This document shows positions 59,181 to 64,000 of a DNA stretch of 64,000 nucleotides, in pieces. The position numbers and the translations under genes were made by a program. Where the stretch lies: the IMG/VR virus record IMGVR_UViG_3300032254_000001, positions 96,001 through 160,000 of that record, one strand, 5' to 3'. The first letter of the stretch is position 1, and each line of letters opens with the position of its first letter. This DNA is from a virus. Taxonomy: Duplodnaviria > Caudoviricetes. The notes under the pieces were generated by a model. The model saw nothing but the letters and a program-made list of their open reading frames with translations, was not told where the DNA came from and did not search any database.

Positions 59181-60409
59181 ATTACAGCCTTAAGAGGTAC
59201 CCAACTAAAGTCATGTAAACAATACCATGCAAAGATAGGATTGTCTAATGTCATTTGTGTGTTTAGTACTAAGTCGCCTGGTATGCCTGAATAACCCGGA
59301 ACAGATGTTCCTTGTGCTATGCTACGTGAACCTAGTTTAAGTTTCTTAATTGTTGTTACACCGCTTGTATCAATTGTTAAATCTGCACTTCGGTTAACAC
59401 CAATTACCAAATCCTGTGCTCTGTTTGTACCAAAGAATGCTGTGTTCTCTTTGAGTTTACCAGCTGTGATTTCAACTTCGTCTTCCCAAACGTCTAATGC
59501 TGCGTTTGGAGTTTTGGTATTAATACCGACACGCTTGCCTTCTACATGCAATGCATCTATTGTGGATGTGCCGGAAACTGTTAGCCCGTCTAACTTGCCT
59601 ACTGTTGTTAGAGATGACTTTGTAATTTGTCTGCCTAGTGTATCGTCCGATAATACTACATCGCCGTTGAGCTGTACTTCTTTAAAGTTTAAAACATTAA
59701 CTTGATCAATAACTCCGTCAATCATTTCCTGCTTAACTGAGTCAACAACATCAAGCTTGATACTAGATGCTAGTCCGTCCCATGCGCCGCCTGTTGTATC
59801 TACTGTGCCGTGTACAATAAGCTTGCCGCTTATCGTTGCATTCTTAGTCGCAAGCTGATCAATTACACTAACGTTTCTAGAGGTTAATGTATTTTCAACA
59901 ACAACCGCATCGTCCATAATAGTTACTTCACGTTGTGTTGCTTCATTATGAATACCTACGCCGTTGAACTCAGCTGCAAACTGCTCTGCAATTTTATCAG
60001 CAATGATTGATTCAACATCGTTGCCAATGGTAATCTTACGTACTAATTCTGTGATTGCGTGTGTTTTAAGTTGACCTAGTAATGCTGCATCGTTTTTGAT
60101 TATGTCGGTTACTGACTCAGACGTTGCATCAGCGACATTGTTAGCTACTGTGTCATTAATAACGTTAGCATCTAGTAATGTACCATCACCTTCAACTATT
60201 AACTCAGCTACCTTGCCTGCTACCTGCTCGGACATACCTTGTTTAACTACTGCATCAAGATTAAAATTACGCACTAAGAGTGAAACAGCCTGGCTTCGCA
60301 GACTTGCTATTAACTGGTCGTCGTTCTTAAAAATCTCTGTAACTTGTTCGTTAACCGCTTCTGTAACTTTACTAAGTATTGCGGCATTAATTTCATCTGA
60401 ATTGATCAT
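59177..60409 (-). CDS. Fibre-like structural protein
   Basis: Coiled N-terminus, RVGINTKTPNAALDV motif; TAAATA at 60434. Confidence 0.55.
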   Translation of the reverse strand: MINSDEINAAILSKVTEAVNEQVTEIFKNDDQLIASLRSQAVSLLVRNFNLDAVVKQGMSEQVAGKVAELIVEGDGTLLDANVINDTVANNVADATSESVTDIIKNDAALLGQLKTHAITELVRKITIGNDVESIIADKIAEQFAAEFNGVGIHNEATQREVTIMDDAVVVENTLTSRNVSVIDQLATKNATISGKLIVHGTVDTTGGAWDGLASSIKLDVVDSVKQEMIDGVIDQVNVLNFKEVQLNGDVVLSDDTLGRQITKSSLTTVGKLDGLTVSGTSTIDALHVEGKRVGINTKTPNAALDVWEDEVEITAGKLKENTAFFGTNRAQDLVIGVNRSADLTIDTSGVTTIKKLKLGSRSIAQGTSVPGYSGIPGDLVLNTQMTLDNPIFAWYCLHDFSWVPLKAVI

Positions 60410-60447
60410 GATATCTCCGGTTTCAACTTAGTGTATTTATGACTAGT

Positions 60448-61437
60448 TTACTCCCGTAACAAATCAAGTGTCACACAATGGAAGCCGCCGCCTAATGTAC
60501 GTGAATGGCGTAGCTCAAGCGGTATTACTTTAAACCCGTGCTTCTCTAGCTCTGCATGTATTAGCGGCTGATTCGCGTCGCAGATTACTGTCTTGTTGCC
60601 AATTGATAGCATGTTAATCGCTATCCATTTACTTGCATACGGATATCCTTCGAATCCTTGTGGATCAATCATATCGTCTGTAATGTAGATCTTAGTGTAG
60701 TCCTTTAAGAACTCAGGTAGATTATCGTCATTTACACGGTTTGCATTTAGCACAATACAGTCTGAATCAATGGGTACAATTGTGCTGTCAATATGTGAGG
60801 AGTTATACACGTCAGTCGTGTGAACTGTGTATTCATCACCTAGTGCTCGTTGCAACCACTTCGCACCGCATTCGTTACCTGAACTACTAATAAGATATAA
60901 TAGATCGTTTCCGAACCTGGCTATGTTTGCTGCATCAAAAATAGGCTCTTTATTTGTAAGCTCGTACCGTCCTTCGTAGTCTACGTTCTCATGTGTCATG
61001 AGATCTGGAACTGGAGCTGCCAGCCAATTTGCGCCTGTGTTTATGGCTTGACGTTTAACGTCACGGAAGCATGTCATTTCAGCTTGCCTGGACTTAGTTG
61101 ACATCGGAGCTTCAATTACTGTGTCGCCAACAACTAACAAATTATCGCGCGGGCAATAAGCATACTGTCCATCTATAAATTGAAAGTTAACTGGGTCTGG
61201 TCTGTACACCTTAACTCCGCGATTGTGTAATACCCTCGCTAACTTGTCCAGGTCCGCGTTAGTTTCATCTATTATTTTTTGCGACACAGGACCTGACGGC
61301 GGAGGTGTTTCATCCCAGCCTGCTTGTGACATCTGTATTTGAAACAGTTTGTCTGTAGCTGGAAAATTTGCATGTGTTGCTGTACCTATTATTACTTCTT
61401 TAAGAGGACCCCATTCATTCGTGCTATGTACTGTCAT
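60448..61437 (-). CDS. Amidinotransferase (glycine/inosamine-phosphate family)
   Basis: NEWGPLKEVIIG, CPRD, FDAA, HID, GGFHCVT. Confidence 0.9.
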   Translation of the reverse strand: MTVHSTNEWGPLKEVIIGTATHANFPATDKLFQIQMSQAGWDETPPPSGPVSQKIIDETNADLDKLARVLHNRGVKVYRPDPVNFQFIDGQYAYCPRDNLLVVGDTVIEAPMSTKSRQAEMTCFRDVKRQAINTGANWLAAPVPDLMTHENVDYEGRYELTNKEPIFDAANIARFGNDLLYLISSSGNECGAKWLQRALGDEYTVHTTDVYNSSHIDSTIVPIDSDCIVLNANRVNDDNLPEFLKDYTKIYITDDMIDPQGFEGYPYASKWIAINMLSIGNKTVICDANQPLIHAELEKHGFKVIPLELRHSRTLGGGFHCVTLDLLRE

Positions 61438-62020
61438 TCTTAAACCCTGTTAATTGCAATGTGTATCTGTTATCGTAACCTATGTTAGCTGCAAGATGTG
61501 GAACATCGTGTTCCCACCAAATACAATCACCTGCTTTCCATTGTGGCATCTGTTCGTTTGCAATAGTTAATACATGCCCTGGCTTCCAGTCTTCGAGTAA
61601 TACAAGTCCACGGTGTATTGTGCCTGGATGATCCTTGTGCAATTCCTGGAAACGTTTAAATGTATCAACGTGCTCTGGTAATATTGTACCTGTTGTCATT
61701 TGATAAAACGACCAACTCAAGTGCTGCCAATTAAACTCTGCCTGGAACGGTTCCATATCAAACCACTCAGGCCATTCATTGCGCATGTCATACATGTTAC
61801 CTGTGTAATCCCTGTGGGTGTATCCCGATTGTTGCCACCTTTCTACATCGTCTGGATTATTAAATGGTTCGTGCGTGTACGACAAATCCCTGTGCTGGTT
61901 GTCAGTCCAGGGCAAATCAATATGGCCGAAGCCGTAACTGTATTTAGATGTCACGTGTGTCACCGTAGTGAACAATTGTATACTTGTCATTGTCACGTAA
62001 GATTCTGCGCCACGGATCAA
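61424..62020 (-). CDS. 2OG-Fe(II) oxygenase-like protein (start uncertain)
   Basis: PEHVD, distal PH, RYTLQLTG. Confidence 0.7.
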   Translation of the reverse strand: MIRGAESYVTMTSIQLFTTVTHVTSKYSYGFGHIDLPWTDNQHRDLSYTHEPFNNPDDVERWQQSGYTHRDYTGNMYDMRNEWPEWFDMEPFQAEFNWQHLSWSFYQMTTGTILPEHVDTFKRFQELHKDHPGTIHRGLVLLEDWKPGHVLTIANEQMPQWKAGDCIWWEHDVPHLAANIGYDNRYTLQLTGFKNDST

Positions 62021-63179
62021 TTATAACACTGCCTGGTTCCATTTCAAAGTAAGCTGGTGTGTTAGCAGTCTCGCCCATGTAGCCGTATGTAATAGCTTTG
62101 TTATGTGCCCATAACACTACAGCCTTCATCTTAGGACATTCGTGTCCTGTCATAGGATCTGCATAGTACATTTCACGGTCGGTTAGTTCTTCAATGTAAT
62201 GTCCAACTAAAATACTATAGCTACCTTCTTCGTAAGCTACATCTGGCTTGTATGCTCTTCCGTGTATTACAATTGGCAGATCATGTTCGTCTGCTTGATC
62301 AACAATAAACTGAGCCATGTTCTTAGCTTGCACTTCACGCGCTCCCATTATGGTATCGAACATATCATAACCAATTTCATATTCATCTGATAACCAACGT
62401 AACGCAATGTTATCACGTGGATGACAAGCACCTGCATCGCCCATGCCCGGTACCATGTACTGCGGTCCCATAATGCGCTTTGTGCTACGTGCTAATGCAC
62501 CTGCAACAACATCTGAATTCATGTTGCCAATTTTCATTGAGAAGTCTTGTATCATATTAACAAGTCCAATCTTAGCACTAATAAATGTATTGTAGAAAAT
62601 CTTAATGCCTTCTGCTTCTTCCCATGTGCCAAGTTCTGCACGAGTCTCTGGTTGCTGCATTAACTTACTGTATATGTTAACTAAGTCTTCAACCCGAGGA
62701 TCGTTGCCGTCTTTACTACCAATGATTAGCATTTCAGGATTAACCATATCCCACTTAGTGGTGCCCATTGCAATTAAGTACGGATTGTAAATTAACGTAT
62801 GGTTGTCTAGTAATGGATCAAATTCGCGGCGGGTTGTTCCTGGTAGTACTGTGCTGATTAGTACAATGTTCTTTTCTTTCTTGGCATGCTTATTAATTTC
62901 ACGTAAGATACCTTTTACAATATCGTAATTAAAGTCTTTTGGCTCTAAATGACATGATGGTAGTTCGCCACCATATTCTTTATTGTGTGGCGTTGGTGCT
63001 GCAATAAAGATCCAATCACTTTTAGAAACTAACGTCTTTATGCTTTTAACAATTTTAACAGAGTCTGATTTTCTCTTCTCTACATCATATCCAAATGTAG
63101 TGTAATGCTCTGCAAATACCTCTGCACATTCAAGGCCTAGTTTTCCTAGTCCTATGAACCCTATTTTTTCTTCTTTCAT
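61944..63179 (-). CDS. UDP-glucose/GDP-mannose dehydrogenase family
   Basis: GFIGLGKLG, PTP, STVLPGT, KIFYNTF, GDAGACHPRD, YKP. Confidence 0.9.
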   Translation of the reverse strand: MKEEKIGFIGLGKLGLECAEVFAEHYTTFGYDVEKRKSDSVKIVKSIKTLVSKSDWIFIAAPTPHNKEYGGELPSCHLEPKDFNYDIVKGILREINKHAKKEKNIVLISTVLPGTTRREFDPLLDNHTLIYNPYLIAMGTTKWDMVNPEMLIIGSKDGNDPRVEDLVNIYSKLMQQPETRAELGTWEEAEGIKIFYNTFISAKIGLVNMIQDFSMKIGNMNSDVVAGALARSTKRIMGPQYMVPGMGDAGACHPRDNIALRWLSDEYEIGYDMFDTIMGAREVQAKNMAQFIVDQADEHDLPIVIHGRAYKPDVAYEEGSYSILVGHYIEELTDREMYYADPMTGHECPKMKAVVLWAHNKAITYGYMGETANTPAYFEMEPGSVIIDPWRRILRDNDKYTIVHYGDTRDI

Positions 63180-63202
63180 TATTCTCTCCACTAAGTAGTA
63201 AT

Positions 63203-64000
63203 ATGTTTTCCGTTGACAACTTTTACAGCTATTTAAACCAATATTGTTCAGGCCCTAAGAAAGATACAAACATCCAATCATTTAATGTACACGGTTCTCG
63301 TTTACTTAAAGATATTATTGTGCCTGCGTTTAAACCTGACGAATCAAAACCAGCACGTCTAACCGGCCAAGCTGCAATGTTTGATCAGGAGCCAATTGAG
63401 CTGCAATATTTCGAAGATTGGATTAACTTCAGTCCTGCTTCGTTTCCTGACCATTTTGAGTACAAACTAACTAACAATCTTTATAAAAATTTAACACCAC
63501 AGGAGTTCATCTTTAGACACTTCTCCGGTGTGCATAATCCTATTCTGTGTCATTCAGAACGTAACAGTCCAGAAGTAGAATTATTTAAACAAAATCATTT
63601 TCACACTGTGCATTATTTTTATCACGGTTTAATCGCTCGTGATTGGTATAGGCACTGGAAACATTATAGCATGGAACAGGGCACGAAGTCAAAACGTCTG
63701 GGCATGTATTGCCGTGATGCTACCGGTAGTAGGGAATACCGTTTAGACTTATTGCATAAGCTGATCCCGTTTAAAGATGATTTGTATTACAATTTACAGG
63801 ATCCGATTTTTAATATTGATCCACAGCTTAATGTTCATTACAGTGCTGAAGCTGATCAATATGCTAGCGATGCAAGTGCAACTATTGTACCGGACGATTG
63901 CAAAAAGTTCGACATACAACTTGTGCCTGAAACATTATTTGATTCGCAAAAAACACATCTAACCGAAAAGATATTTAAACCTATTGTAATGAAACAACCG
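63203..64000 (+). CDS. Glycosyltransferase-like protein (partial, runs off window end)
   Basis: Hand-translated MFSVDNFY..FDQEP..HSERNS..HGLIARDWYR..HLTEKIFKPI (GT10-like tail). Confidence 0.55.
   Translation, partial: MFSVDNFYSYLNQYCSGPKKDTNIQSFNVHGSRLLKDIIVPAFKPDESKPARLTGQAAMFDQEPIELQYFEDWINFSPASFPDHFEYKLTNNLYKNLTPQEFIFRHFSGVHNPILCHSERNSPEVELFKQNHFHTVHYFYHGLIARDWYRHWKHYSMEQGTKSKRLGMYCRDATGSREYRLDLLHKLIPFKDDLYYNLQDPIFNIDPQLNVHYSAEADQYASDASATIVPDDCKKFDIQLVPETLFDSQKTHLTEKIFKPIVMKQP

Larger units (their letters stand above)
15743..60439. promoter_or_regulatory. T4-like late promoter motif TAAATA recurring just upstream of virion/late genes
   Basis: Seen at 15743, 18503, 20934, 21546, 23517, 26246, 35556, 35659, 38810, 39785, 43385, 46445, 48404, 57822, 60434, mostly 5-30 bp from starts. 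Confidence 0.75.

Noticed and set aside
60448-61437. Amidinotransferase as the archaeosine (G+) synthase for the dpdA cluster
   Set aside because: G+ is made by ArcS, QueF-L or Gat-QueC; this is a different fold in a sugar cluster more than 50 kb away.
141-63962. Many antisense ORFs in the track (e.g. 7128-7616, 24910-25419, 40151-40894, 44278-44796)
   Set aside because: They are shadows of well-supported genes on the other strand, with no motifs or RBS.
1-64000. Stop-codon reassignment, tRNA genes, reverse transcriptase/DGR, integrase
   Set aside because: Core genes are full length in code 11; no tRNA T-loop/cloverleaf, YADD-type RT or recombinase motifs were seen by eye.

Overview
This 64 kb window is part of a large, T4-like dsDNA phage genome. 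It is AT-rich, densely coding, mostly on the minus strand, and reads in standard code 11. The host is probably a Gammaproteobacterium (inferred from sigma70 promoters, IHF-type sites, and DUF3135-, ClpA-, EAL- and TTT-like genes). Contents in order: nucleotide-sugar enzymes and dCMP deaminase; a DpdA/TGT-like + QueD-like(DpdL) + glycosyltransferase cluster; a tandem paralog array; sliding clamp, PolB and DsbA-like replication genes; a late-promoter cluster of proteins with T4-like capsid-targeting leaders (including a nucleotidyltransferase-ParB fusion, an isochorismatase-like protein and an HxGH nucleotidyltransferase); ClpA, a catalytically dead PDF-like gene, and DnaJ; a TctC/TctA transporter with sulfo-/methyltransferase-like genes; PhoH, clamp loader, two GroES, a DnaE fragment and MazG; baseplate/tail genes; ClpP; small early genes behind repeated sigma70 promoter+IHF modules; an HD (SAH-like) hydrolase; an intact EAL phosphodiesterase; and a second glycan cluster (amidinotransferase, 2OG oxygenase, UDP-sugar dehydrogenase). 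I saw no tRNA, rRNA, CRISPR array, integrase or reverse transcriptase. All family calls are from motif recognition by eye; no database searches were run.
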